A stretch of DNA of 64,000 nucleotides from Octopus vulgaris (Eukaryota): NCBI GenBank assembly GCA_951406725.2, contig OX597823.1, positions 104,904,001 through 104,968,000 of the forward strand, given 5' to 3'. Under the pieces are notes generated by a model. That model was given only the letters and a program-made list of their open reading frames with translations, did not search any database and was not told the DNA's origin. Of the stretch, positions 12,935 to 26,300 are shown in pieces; positions within the stretch are counted from its first letter, which is position 1; each line of letters begins with the position of its first letter. A program made the translations under genes and the position numbers.

Positions 12935-13675
12935 TAAATGGGATGGGAACCTGTGGAAGAGGAGGACCCAGGAAGATGTGGGATGAAGTGGTGAGAAGTG
13001 ATCTTCAGATGTTGAGCCTTGTAGAAGCAATGACAAAGGACTGTGACAACTTGTGATATGCTTTTCTTGAGAAGACCTGCCCAGCAAAGTAAAACCCACG
13101 TCCCTTCTCCTCTCCCACAACCCACCTGTGCTCACTACCCATAGTCTTCCTATTTCCCTCCATTTTCCCCCCACATGTTCACCTACCTACCTTGTTAAAT
13201 CCCTTCCCCCACTCTTGTTTCGAAATCTTGTGAAGTCACCCACCTACATTCCCTCTCCAATTCCTGGCCCACCCCACTAAATACACCACCCTGTAACTTG
13301 AGTGTATGGCCCCATCCCCCTCTCTGTCACATCTTCACCATCTTTCTCTCCTCTCTCTCTCTTCTCCATCTAAAATAGCCATGTCTTTTTCCTAATGCAA
13401 AACACCTTTCCATCCCTCAATACTACTTTCCCTCCACCTTTTGAGGGGTTTTGTCCCACAAGTTACTTGGTGACCCCACCCCTGCTGGTGCCATGTAAAA
13501 AGTACCCAGTACACTATGTAAAGTGGTTGATGTTAGGAAAGACATCAAACTGCAGGAACCATGTTGAAATAGACAGCAGAGCTTATTGTAGTCTTTTGAC
13601 TTGTCAGTTCATGTCAAACTGTCCAACCCATGCCATCATGGAAAATGGACATTCAATGATGATGATGATGATGAT
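12935..13675 (+). mobile_element. older RTE subfamily 3' end
   Basis: GTCGRGGPRKMWDEVVRSDLQML C-terminal motif, a different C-rich UTR, and the same terminal ...GGACATTxAATGATGATG. Confidence 0.75.
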
Positions 13676-13739
13676 ACCGCTTCTGCCACCGCTGATGATG
13701 ACACTGAAGATGACAATATCGATGATGCTCCATTAGCTT

Positions 13740-14465
13740 CAAACAGCATCTTTATTTTGGGATGTTTCCCAATGATGCTTATTCTACGAACCTCAGACGA
13801 TACATCTAGTTGAGTCTGTGTAGTTATCCACTTCATCTGGCCTCTAAGTCTTTTTAAATCAAACTTCACTTCTTCCCTTCTTAACTCATCATTGTTTTCT
13901 AAGTGTCCTTCCTTTCTGTTGGAGATATGAATGAGATGCATAGTTCTGCATCAATAGGGATTCCTCTCTTTGTTTTAGAATTCAATTCTAAACAGCTGAA
14001 TGTTCCACGCTCATGAGTTCCCAGTTGGAACACCTTTATTGCTATTCTGATCACATTCTTCTCAAACAATTCATTTCCACACAAAATAAAATTGTCCACA
14101 TGCATTGCCATCAGGCCGGTCAGTTTCTTACTTGCATCATGCCAGAGATGAAGCATTGTCATAATCACTCACAGCTCCAACCAACTGGATCAGCATTTGA
14201 GTGACATTCTTATATCATGGATAAATTGCATCATTTGATCCACTGATGCATCTCTTCAGCTTTCACATGAGTAATTTTGGATAGAAATCTAAAGACAACT
14301 TTAGTTCCTCTCTTCAAAAAACTTCTCTCTTCAAACTATCATGCTGCAAAAATGCTGAGGTGAATCCAAGAATCTGTACTTGCCAATTCGTAACTGATGC
14401 AGTTAACAATATTAACTGCATGGTTTCATGACTAGCAGAACCATCAACCTGTTTCTATGGAGAGA
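13740..14465 (-). pseudogene. Ty1/Copia LTR-retrotransposon reverse transcriptase remnant
   Basis: Degenerate motifs across frameshifts: ETMQLILLTASVTNWQVQ.LGFTSAFLQ, KLKRCISGSNDA, LWHD...GLMAMHVDNFILCG, LRGQMKWITTQTQLDV. Confidence 0.85.
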
Positions 14466-15439
14466 ATATTATTTTGTTTTCAGGGCATTGAAGTACAAGC
14501 TGGAGCAATGGCAATTAGAAACACTATTTATAGGACACAGTAGCTGTAGATAAATAACAAAAACGATGTCTTATTTTACAAGACAAAACCATTGAGCTTA
14601 AGTAAAGGAGATGACTATCTATCATTTATTTGGTCTCTGTATACAGGCCGGATTAAAAACAAATAAGGACTTACAGTCATCATTAATCTCCCTAAAAATG
14701 TTTGTGATCATCTCAGAAATTTAATAACTCCTGAAATTCAACAGAAAAAAGGGTTGAAACTAATTACTGACTAGTTTGATATTTACCTACAAGATGAACA
14801 AGCATGGGCATATGCAACATGTAAAGAATCTCATTCCTATAAACGTCCTACTAGTACAAGTTTGAGTGATTTTCTTGTAAGGACTGAAATGCTTTATAAA
14901 AGACCATTGCAATCTGTAATTACTTCACAAGAAAGTGTTCAAGCTGTTTTTTGTATTAAGTACTGTGGACATATCTGAAGAAAATGAAGAGTTTATCTCA
15001 CAGACACAACAATTGTTGTGCCAAGAGAGACAACCCAATATTAACAGAGGACACTTCTCCAAAGTGTCACACAATGGAACTGAACCTGAAGCCACATGGT
15101 TGCTGAGCAAACTTCTTAACCACACAGCCATGCCAGTCTGCAAAAATATGTAAAAAAAATGATGGGATGATTAGTTGGAATGTCATTGCTCATAGGGTCT
15201 GCTCCCTGATCAATAAATCATCTCCTTCCCCCTTCTTTGCTCCTACTACTAACTTTTTTTACAGTCTTTACCAAACTTTAGTAGTCAAAGGACACAAATT
15301 TTTCTATCATCAGTAAAAGATTTAGTCCAGAACATCGAAAGTTAATCCTTGTTATGACAATTATTTGAACTTAAAATTTTAAGAATGAATGAGTGAGTAT
15401 GCCCATCATCTGGCTGATGCTTGGGGACCTCAGACACAA

Positions 15440-15800
15440 ACCACCACTCTTTGCTAAACACTGGGATCTCTTCTCAGGCTGCAACTGTACAAGAGAGACC
15501 TACTAAATCTTCCTTGTTCAGTCTTTGATGTTAACACCTGACCTTTGTCTTCATCACTTATGATCCCATTTTCCATCCAGCCAAATTCTGGAGCTGTGGA
15601 CACAAAGTTCTGGGCCCTGGTAACATAGCCAAAATATTGTAGCTTTCACAGTCAAACCATTGTCACTAACACACAACTCCTTCACAATTGTATTATTCTT
15701 CCTTGGGACTACCCAATTGATTTGCTGTACTTACTTGTACATCATCTCAAATGTCCTCGATGTCAGTCTATGCTTTTCACCCATAAAACACTACTGATTG
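15440..15800 (-). pseudogene. very old RTE/BovB-like ORF C-terminal remnant
   Basis: Traces of TFEM...INW, KLQYFGYVTRA, DGK and NIKD motifs in shifting frames. Confidence 0.5.
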
Positions 15801-15987
15801 AGACCAAAATTTTAAAAAAGTTTCAACTTAATGCTTTTGATGGAGGTACAGTCTTTCCGTGTTGTATGTTTCACCTGTAAAAATTTTTTACTGATGCTAA
15901 CCACAACTAGTTTTCTGGAATTCTGTTATTCATTTTTTTATTAATTTGTCATTTTCGTTATCATCATTATCTTCATCTTTCTCATTG

Positions 15988-16280
15988 TCCTCCTCCTCCT
16001 CCTCCTCCTCCCCCTCCCCCTCTCCCCACTTCCTCATCTGCCTCCTCTTTCCTCCTCCTCTTGCTTCCCCTCTTCTTTCTCCTCCTGCCCCCTCCCCTCC
16101 TGCCCCTCCCTCCCCTCCTGCCCCTCCCTCCCCTCCTGCCCCTCCCTCCCCTCCTGCCCCTCCCTCCCCTCCTGCCCCACCCTCCCTCACTTCCTCCTCT
16201 TTCTTCTCCTGCACCCCTCCTCCTCCCTCCTCCTCCTCCTCCTCCTCACCACCACCATCAATCAATCAATCAATCAATCA
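15988..16280. repeat. C-rich low-complexity tract with 18-bp minisatellite (CCTGCCCCTCCCTCCCCT)n
   Basis: About five units at 16081-16180. Confidence 0.9.
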
Positions 16281-16894
16281 TCCATCATTTGCTCTCAGCT
16301 GGTTCAATACCATGGATTACCTTCTCGGTCTTTTATTGTGCTGTCCTTATTGCATTCACTGTATTTTAAGTCTGTCCAATTCTAAAACTTTATTTCAAAA
16401 GAATTGTTTTTAGCCATTTGGTGTTCCATGACTAACTTCAGTTGGCAGGGCCTGAAAATGTTTCCTGGTTGAGTTAGTGACAACGGAATCGGGAACTGGT
16501 TGCATTCACAAATTGCTTTTGTTAGCAATGGTGGTGGTGATGGTGTTTAGATCCGAGCCAGCTTTGATCAAGCATTCATATGATCAAAGGTAGTTCAGCT
16601 GTAACTATTATCCAATGTCCTTCCTACTTTAAAGATAGTAGGGTGTGATTTGAAAGAGATTTAGCTGCTATTTCTAGCAGGTTGAGTAACCATACAAAGG
16701 ATCATAGTTTACAAGATTTTAAAGTAGTAAGCCATTCGAATTAACATTTACTTTCAATAGCTCAGTCATATTTATATCTTCAGAGATGTTGTTTGTTGTT
16801 TTTCTTGTTTGACTCCAGATCAGTAATGATTGAACAGACTAAATTATGATCAAAAGAGTTCTAACCATGACTGCCCATCCTTTTCTCAGGCATA

Positions 16895-17082
16895 TCATCA
16901 TCATCATCATCATCGTTTAACGTCCGTTTTCCATGCTAGCATGGGTTGGACGGTTTGACCGGGGTCTGGGAAGCCAGGAGGCTGCACCAGGCTCCAGTCT
17001 GATCTGGCAGTGTTTCTAGAGCTGGATGTCCTTCCTAACGCCAACCACTCTGTGAGTGTAGTGGGTGCTTTTTACGTGCCAA
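16895..17082 (-). mobile_element. RTE 3' tail, 5'-truncated
   Basis: (CAT)n CGTTTAACGTCCGTTTTCCATGCTAGCATGGGTTGG... Other tail copies lie at about 17795-18185, 19660-19910, 25180-25395, 26345-26490, 31018-31258, 38299-38490, 41275-41480, 52630-52938, 55135-55260 and 60320-60530. Confidence 0.9.
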
Positions 17083-17230
17083 GTGAGGCGTATCTAAAAC
17101 TAGATTATCCAACCCGTTCTTTGTTTAAAAAATGTAGAATTAGGCACCAAGGTCAGGGGATTAGCAGAAATATAACAGATCTCCAGAACAGGTGACTGTT
17201 TTTCATCCTTGTAAATGATGAGTAGATACA

Positions 17231-17620
17231 TAGGTGTGGTTGCATGGTTAAGAAGCTTACTTCCCAATCATATTGTTTTGGGTTCAATCTCACAGTGCAG
17301 CATCTTAGGCAAATATTTTCTACAAAAGTCCTAGAGCCAACGAAAGCCTTGTGAGTGGATATGTAAATGGAAACCAAAAGAAGTCACATATATATAAACA
17401 GCTATGTGTGTGTGTGTGTGTTTGTCCCTCACCACTGCTTGATGGCTGGTGTTGGTTTGTTTATGTCTCCATAACTTAGTGTTTCAGCAAAAGAGACCAC
17501 TAAAATAAGTGCTACACTCTAAAAATGTGTACCGGGGTTGATTTGTTCAGTTGAACTCTTTGAGGCAGTGCCCCAGCATGGCCACAGTCCAATGATTGAA
17601 GTAAGTAATAGATAAAAGAC
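17231..17620 (+). mobile_element. SINE family 1, diverged full copy
   Basis: Colinear with 51860-52272. Further fragments at about 15045-15135, 21345-21670, 36470-36690, 44443-44598, 47150-47275, 55296-55640 and 59130-59340. Confidence 0.85.
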
Positions 17621-18633
17621 ACATGCATATATATGTATGTACAGATTCTACTCATCATCATCATCATTGTCATCATCGCCATCACCACCACCACCACCAC
17701 CACCACCACCACCACCACCACCACCACCACCACCACCACCACCACCACCACCACCACCACCACCAAAACCAAAACCACCACCACCACCATCACCATCGTT
17801 TAACATCTGCTCTCCATATTGGCATGGGTGGACAGTCTGACATGGAGCTGGCTAGCAGGGAGATTTCCATACTCCAGCTGTCTGTTGTGGCATAGTTTCT
17901 ACAGCTGGATGCCCTTCCTTGTGCCAACTACTTGACAAAGTGTGCTGGGTGATTTTTATGTGTCACTGTCATGGGTGGGTTTACACATCCACAACACAGG
18001 TGAATTAATGCAGCACCATTACAGGTGCTTTTCTTTAAGTGACACCTGAAAGGACAATCCTGTATGTGTGGAAGACTAATTTTTACTTAGCTTGACATGT
18101 CTTATCAACTACAGCAAATCGCCACATCTCCCAGTCCCATGTCATTTCCTCAGTGAGGCCCAGCATCCAAAGATAATTTCTCAAAAATGAGAGATATTTA
18201 AATGAAAGACCGTCTATTCCCTGATGTCTTAACTAAATGGAGGAGTCAGGACAGGAATACCTTTGATCACTGGTCTGCTTCATTAGAGTTTACCTGGAGC
18301 TAAACATCAACATCTTGGCAGCAGAATGGTTAAAACAGCAGTTCTCAAATTGGCAAAAATGAGTTGTAACTATAATTCACGAGGCCAGGTGTGTCATATT
18401 CTGTGTCATGTGAATCTCCCTGAGAACTACGTTAAGGGTATCTATGTCTGTGGAGTGCTCAGCCACTTGTAGGTTAATTTCATGAGCAGGCTATTCTGTT
18501 TATTGGATCAACTGAATCCCTTGTTGTCATAAATGACAAAGTGCCAAGTACTTATGTCCTTGTGAGCAAGCAGAGACACTTTCTTGGACCTCTCACCTTG
18601 GACCTAGTTAGAACAACCAGGATTTGAGTAGTG

Positions 18634-18697
<64 letters not shown>

Positions 18698-20804
18698 GAG
18701 AGAGAGGAATTGCTCTAGAACCTGACTGATATTCATTATTAGCTGAGTAGAAGGTGGCTACTGGCAGAATTGCTAGTACACCGGGCAAAATGCTTAGTGG
18801 CATTTGGTCTGTCTTTACTTTTGGGGTTGGCCTTGCTTTTTATCCTTTCAGGGTCGATAAATTAAGTACCACTGAAATACTGGGATCGATGTAATTGACT
18901 AGTCCCCTCCCCCAAAATTTCAGGCCCTGTGCCTTTAGCAGAAAGCATTATTAGCAGAGTACACTGGAGCAACATAAAATGAAGTGTCTTGCTTAAAAAC
19001 ATATCACATTGCCTGGTCTAGGAATTGAACCGTAAACCTTATGACTGTGAGCTGAATATACCAAATACTAGGCGACATACCTTCAAGAAATGGAAAGCAG
19101 TCATAGTCACCAGTTAACTATTTATCATGACATTTAGCTTCCTTTGAAAGGAAATTAGAAAATGAATTTACCTTCAAATTCATCCTAATTTAAAGATGTA
19201 ATTGAATTTTAAAAAATAAACTTTAATAATTTATAATATAGTTGTCGTTATTAAATTTGAATAATAAAATGTCTTCAATTTTACAAATTATTATTATTTT
19301 GTTTCGTTAAGTGGCAGAAGTGTTTTTAAATTCATTCATTTATTTATTTATTATCTATTTATTTTTATTCTTTGTAACCTGAAAGAAATTAACAGAAAAT
19401 ACATTTAATTTTATGTAATGCAATGCTGACCAAAATTACTTCAATAATATCTCTCTTAAGATCTGGCAATTTCACATACTGATGGCTGTGGTGGTGGTGG
19501 TGATAGTGGCAGTGGTAGCAGTGGCAGTATGGGGTCAGTGATCATTGTTATTGTCACTCCTGGTCAGACTCAATCAAAGGGGTTCCTGCTATGAACATCC
19601 TATTTATTTATTTATTTTTTGTTGTTTTACACTTCAGAAATGCTTTACACCCATCCAGCCAAGTGAAATCGTAATCGTGGTTTCATGCTGGTGTCACATA
19701 ACTGGGACCTGTGCTGGTGGCATGTAAGAAGCACACATTACCCTCTTGGAGTGGTTGGCATTAGGAAGGGCATCCAGGTGTAGAAACCATGTCAAACCAG
19801 ACTGGAACCTGTTGCAGCTCCCCAGCTTACCAGTTTCAGTCAAACTGTCTAACCCATGCCAGTGAAGAAAATAGATGCTAAATGATGACGATGAGGATGT
19901 GATGATGATGAAAGTGTATCCAAGATGACATTATCCAGCAATATAAACATTTTTTTTTAAGATGATAGACTATGATTTGGGATCTGAGAGAAATTTTGCT
20001 GCTATTTCAAACAAGTCAATTAACCAAATAGAAGCTTCCCTTGATTTACCATGGTGTGGTCAATGGAATTTATATCTCACCATCAATTTTAACTAATTAG
20101 TTTTCTAATAGTTAATTTCCTGTGGAGAAGTCAACAGATTTCCTCAGATCCCTAATTGTGTAGCAGAACATTAATCATAATCAAATTTGACCTTGGATGG
20201 AATATCAGCTGTTTAATTTTTAGTGGTTTGATCTGAAGGAAGGGCTCAGCCTCTGACCTTCAGTGACACTCAAAAGCGGTCAGGTTAATGCTGTTGATTA
20301 TTCTTGAAAAGTTGTAATTTAGCAGATGCTTGAATAACAAAGAATGGAACTGTAGCTGGTTGACATTCTGGAGAGGAAGAATTGGTCAGTGTTGTGCTTT
20401 GAGGTAGACATGGTACAAATAACGAGAGGTGGCAATATGAGTTGGTCGGAGGGATGTGGTACAAAAACTGCTACTGTCATCATTCTCATCGTCATCATAG
20501 TCAGTGTTGGCATCAGCATCCATGCTGTCAGCATTGGCGCTGCCATCTTTGTAATCATCATCATCATCATCGTCATGTAATTTGATGCATAATGTTAATA
20601 GCCTTAAATTAATTTAAAATTGACATAAAAGAAAACTGATCTATGTAACAAAAACAATACCTATAATAATGGAGATTTTTTTTTAAACCTATAAACAATT
20701 TCCCCAGAGTTGAATCTCAAATTTCTGCAAGTAATCCTGAAATCCTTCAGAGACATCATCATCGTTGCCCTCCTCCTCCTCCTCCTCCTCTCTCTCTCTC
20801 TCTG

Positions 20805-20836
<32 letters not shown>

Positions 20837-20838
20837 TA

Positions 20839-21318
20839 TATATTTGAAATATTACTTTATAAAAATAGGGTAAAGTAAAATAATTTACTTTACCACAAAC
20901 CAAGCTTTTTAGAAATAGCAGCCAAAAATTTGGCTATTTCTTCTACTGCAAGAAAAGTCTCCCAGACAATGCACACTCAGAAATGAACGAAATCTTGGCG
21001 TTTAGTCAACTAATCCAGAAACAGGCTTGTCCTCGGGTGATCCCATATGGATGTGATCTTTCGTTGTTCTTCCCTTATACCTATGTGAGTTATTTCTGAG
21101 TATGCATTGTCTGGGAGACTTTTCTTGCAGTAGAAGAAATAGCCAAATTTTTGGCTGCTATTTCTAAAAAGCTCGGTGTGTGGTAAAGTAAATTATTTTA
21201 CTTTACCCTATTTTTATAAAGTAATATTTCAAATATACCGTAAATGGTCGTTTTACATACCGAACACTGCTCGGTCGAATTAATTGATAATTAATTAATT
21301 TTACCCTTTTTATTGACA

Positions 21319-21320
<2 letters not shown>
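20839..21320 (+). mobile_element. fold-back element A: 146-bp inverted arms, loop and tail (PLE-derived)
   Basis: Arms 20839-20984 and 21092-21237 (3 mismatches by eye). The loop holds a hammerhead 3' half, GAAAC-AGGCTT-GTC, at 21018-31. The tail ends TTAATTGATAA...AATTTTACCCT. (TA)n on both sides. Confidence 0.8.
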
Positions 21321-21349
<29 letters not shown>

Positions 21350-22311
21350 ATGGGATTCTTTCAGACTCCGTCTACCAAATCCACTCACAAGGCTTTGGTC
21401 AGTCCAAGGTTATAGAAGACATTTGCCCAAGGTGTCACTCAGTGGGACTGAACCCGGAACCATATAGTTGGGAAGCAAGCTTCTTACCACAGCCACTCCT
21501 GTGCTTATGTGAGTGGATTCGGTAGACAAAAACTGAAAGAACCCTGTTATGTGTGTGTGTGTAAGTCTTTTTGTCAGTGTTTGCCCCATCACCACCCCTG
21601 CTTGATAACCAATGTTGATGTGCTTACATCCCCATAACCTAACAGCTCAGCAAAAAAGACTGATAAAATATAATGATTGAGAAGTTAGTTTAGTAAATCT
21701 TTCCAAATACTCATTTATTTTAAATAATTATTCGGTGCCTAAAGCCAGTTTTTCCTCAAAAACATGGTTATAAAATGGTTAAACAAAACATAATATTTTA
21801 CATGTCAGTAAGATTTCCATCTCTGGAAGATTTCAAACATTTATAGATTCTTGTAATGCAATCTCTACATGAAATCCTTGAAATCCAAATTGCACCAATT
21901 TTGTTTGATAGCATCGACAGAACAAACAGCAATGTTATAGTCAGATCCTTGCTCTGTCTTTAATAACAGCAGATTCCATTGTGTGATTCTGTAATTCTTT
22001 ATTGATACCAAAAGAACAAACACCAATAAATTACAACTAGTTCTAGAAAGCTGTAATCTGTAAACATTCACTAAATGCAATTGTGATTGGTGTCCAGCAT
22101 TGCCAATTTCGAATTCTTCCTTGGCGCTGTACCAATTTTCTTTGTTCATTATCAAGAGCAAATAAGCGAGGAATACAATCTCTGTTAAAAGACATATCTA
22201 ACATCAGGAATGTTAGATATTTAAAACTTAGCTTATGTCTTTCAAGTAATTCAATTCCATTTGCCTTTTACGATGTCTTCAATATTAAAAACAAGAACAA
22301 CACAAAAAGAA

Positions 22312-22346
<35 letters not shown>

Positions 22347-22429
22347 AGGCAATTTTAATTTTCTGAAACTAGATATGGTTCCAAAATATTGGAATTCTCT
22401 TCCATTTAATTACCAATTGCCTTGTGCTG

Positions 22430-22434
22430 TATGT

Positions 22435-22466
<32 letters not shown>

Positions 22467-22526
22467 ACACACAAACATATTTATATGTATATACATCTTT
22501 GTATGTATACATACATATATACATAT

Positions 22527-22581
<55 letters not shown>

Positions 22582-22608
22582 TACATACATACATACATAC
22601 ATACATAG

Positions 22609-22659
<51 letters not shown>

Positions 22660-22720
22660 CATATATATATGTATACATATATATATACATAGACACATAT
22701 ATATTAATATATATCTATAA
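22430..22720. repeat. (CA)n/(TA)n/(CATA)n compound microsatellite
   Basis: Seen directly. Confidence 0.95.
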
Positions 22721-23147
22721 GCATGAAAAATAAGGAAGTGAAAATAGTGATGATGTGTCTATGTATGCCTATATGTTAAAGCAATTCTGATTTTACAAAA
22801 TCAGAAATAGTTCCAAAATATTGGCATTCTTTTCCAGTTAATTTCCAGTTGTCTTGTGATATACGTTCTTGTGCTTGTATTTTTCTAATTTCTTACCACT
22901 GACAAAAGAACCATTCTTTAACCCTGAAACAGAGTTCTTTCATTGAACTTTAGACAATATCGATTGGGCAGCTGCATGTGTACCCTAACTGCCTTGTAAG
23001 TACCTTGGGGAAGGAGAAGGCCAGGGGTGTCAGATTCAGCAGTAAATAAAGTAGCAGAATCTTTCATGCAGTCCAGGGCCTTCTTTGACATCCATCTGAG
23101 AACTACAGGGTAGGGAGAGTTCTCCATCTCTGTAAGACCACTTCAAT

Positions 23148-23220
23148 ATACAAGGGGGTGCTGAAAAGTTCCTGGCTTTAAGGGTATCAGGAAAGGCCCA
23201 GTTGGAGGCTGAATCTTCTA
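23148..23220 (+). mobile_element. isolated mariner-type TIR fragment
   Basis: TA|CAAGGGGGTGCTGAAAAGTTCCTGGCT resembles mariner TIRs. Confidence 0.55.
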
Positions 23221-23978
23221 ATCATTCCTAATGCCAGCCACTTCACAGAATGTACTGGGTACATTTTACATGGGAGCAGCACTAGCGAGGGTACCAAGTA
23301 ACTTGCCAGACAAGATTCCTCAACTGAGTGGGGTGGCTTTGTGCTGGGTGATGAGGGGTTAGTGTATGATAGAGGAACAGAAAGAGAAGTCTTGCAGTAG
23401 TAGAGATATGTGGCTACTAGACATGACAGTATCTACATATTGAGTGGAAACAAAAGTCCACTGATATACAAAAACTAGCGTCATTTGTTTAAAATTCTCT
23501 GCAAAAGCATATCCAGCTATTGAGCTCTTTGCTGTTCAAAGGACAATAGGAAATATTACCATACTTGAAAACAGATGAAGGTTGGTGACAGGAAAAGCAT
23601 CTACCTATTGAAAAATCTGCTTCCACAACTTACACCTGAGCCAAGCAAGCATAGAAACTGGGTGTTAAAGCAATGACAACAGTGATAATGATGATAATGA
23701 TGTATGCATGTGTGTATGCTTGCATGCATGCCTATGTATGCATGTATGGAGAGATGAATGTGTGTGTATATATGATACACACACACAATGGGATTCCATA
23801 CAGCTTCTGAGATTACAGTAGAAAACACACACTCAAGGTGCCACAGAGTGAGATAGAATTTGAAAACACGTAATTATAAAACAAAAACCATACCCATGCA
23901 TGGGGAAGTAGAAGGAATTTGAGAGGGTTGCATAAATTCTGATGGGGAAGAACTGAACAAATTACCTCATGCAACATT

Positions 23979-24078
<100 letters not shown>

Positions 24079-24183
24079 TATATATATAAATGTTATATAT
24101 AAATGATATCGCTCACTGGATGGCAGATATTTTTGTTGATTTTACATTAATAGAAGAGTAACAATATGTATATATATATATAT

Positions 24184-25180
24184 ATCAAGTCATTAAGAAT
24201 GAAATGTTCGATTTTCTTATGCATCAAGTTTGACAGTCATTAACTCTAATGTTTTTTCATAGCAATTCTTTGTTTTACAACATTGAAGAGTTACATCATC
24301 ACTTTTTTGAAATGCAATTCATGGTGTCTGATTATATTGTAAGTTTTCTCTTGTAAATCAGTTTTTGTGAACCCATGAATAGATAAAAATTTGTGTTGTT
24401 TATGATTTACATCGTGGAACCAATGCGTCCCAGACAGCTCGAAACATCAGAGGAAAATGTGGCAAATGTACGTCGATGGTTTGAGAAGTTCCAGTCTGGT
24501 GACTTTACTCTTGAAAATCAGACCCGTGGTGGACCTGGGACCAAGGTGGATAATGATGAGCTGGAAACTGCAATGGAAGCAGATACATCTCAAACTAATG
24601 CGTGAGTTAGCAGCAAGGTTTGAGGTTTTGATTCCAGCTGTATTGGACCATCTGAAACAAATTGGGATGGTAAAGAAGCTGGACAAATGGGTACCACATG
24701 AACTGAACAAGCATCAAATGACACATTGTCTTGAAACTTGCTGTTCTTTGCTGTCATGGCATAAAAGTGAACCATTTTTGCATTGTATTGTTATGTGTGA
24801 TGAAAAATGGATTCTTTTCAACAATAGCAAGTGTTATGCACAATTGTTGGATAGAGACGAAATACCAAAACACGATCCAAAAAAGAAAATTCCCCAAAAA
24901 AAGCTAATGGTATCTGTTTGGTGGTCCAGCACTGGTGTCATCCACTACAACTTCATGATGCTGGTAAGTCAATTGCAGCAGATGTATACATCAATCAACT
25001 GGATGAAATGACGAGTGAACTTCCAATTAAACAACCAAGATTGATGGGCTAATTCTCTTACAAGATAATGTTTGACCACATGTTGCACAAAGAATACTAC
25101 TCAAGTTACAGCAACTGAACTTGGAAGTATTCTGTCAGCCACCATATTCATCAGACCTTGCATCAACCGACTATCACGTG
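24184..25180 (+). pseudogene. mariner (DD34D) transposase pseudogene, truncated by an RTE tail insertion
   Basis: VRRWFEKFQSGDF, WVPHEL, CDEKW, KKLMVSVWWS, QDN...PPYSSDLASTDYH with 34 residues between the last two D. Contains frameshifts and stops. Confidence 0.92.
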
Positions 25181-25992
25181 TTGGACAGTTCGACTGAGGT
25201 CTGAGAAACCAGGAAGCCGCACCAGGCTCCAGTCTGATCTGGCAGTGTTTCTAGAGCTGGATGCCCTTCCTAACGCCAACCACTCCATGAGTGATTTTTA
25301 TGTGCCACCGGCACAGAAGCCAGTCAAGGCGGCTCTGGTATTGGCCACATTTGGATGGTGCTTTTTACGAGCCACTGGCACAGGTATCACAACTACACAC
25401 TCATGTATATAGATGTATATGTGTTCATATATATGTATACACACACACACACATGCTACAAGAAAGTAGTTGCTGTTCTGTAACTTTCATTTCCCACTTA
25501 CCTTGACTACTTTGTAGTAAGTAGAAGCATGGTTACCAATCTCTTTACAAAATCTACAATTCTATTTTTCTATCTCTACATTCAAATGTTTACAACTTCC
25601 CCATAGATGATGTTTGTTTATTAACCTTTGATAAGTAAAAACTTGTGAAATTCAAGAATCCTTCCATATTTGGCATAGTTTTGATTTAATGGTAAATTTA
25701 ATACCGTAATTAATGTAAGACTTCGAATTAAGTGGATTGATAGGAACTGAAAATATATTATCTGTATTCAAGTGAATTATCAGTTCATGCATGTGTATAT
25801 ATTTATACATCCATCCTCACCTATATATATATATATATACACGCACACACTTTTCTCTTTGTTATTTTGCATACAAACATAAAAATTATGCATATTTTGC
25901 ATACAAACACGGAAATTATGTTTGTAAGTGCATGTGTGTGTGTGTGTTAGGTATTTATATAGGAATATATAAGGATATATAAGTAAATATGA

Positions 25993-26019
<27 letters not shown>

Positions 26020-26029
<10 letters not shown>

Positions 26030-26263
26030 AATTAAGGACTGAACACGAAAAGTGGACAGTCAACATGCTAGATATAGACGTCAAATCGCCATTCTCCACA
26101 AAAGATTATTTGACGTCTATATCTAGCATGTTGACTGTCCACTTTTCGTGTTCAGTCCTTAATTGGTATATATAAATATTTTAATCTTCGGATTCTTTTT
26201 TTAATATGCTAGACTACTGGTCTTAATTGATAAATATCAATTTCTACCCTAAATTAATTTTAT

Positions 26264-26268
<5 letters not shown>
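26020..26268 (+). mobile_element. fold-back element B: perfect ~67-bp hairpin plus tail
   Basis: Arms 26020-26086 and 26108-26174. Tail CTTAATTGATAAATATCAATTTCTACCCT. Homologous to 58684-58985. Confidence 0.88.

Positions 26269-26300
<32 letters not shown>

Noticed and set aside
20540-20575. FLAG-tag-like DYKD peptide
   Set aside because: Chance product of a (GAT)n repeat, with no vector sequence nearby.
22918-23127. 69-aa ORF in unique sequence
   Set aside because: No recognisable homology or convincing splice context.
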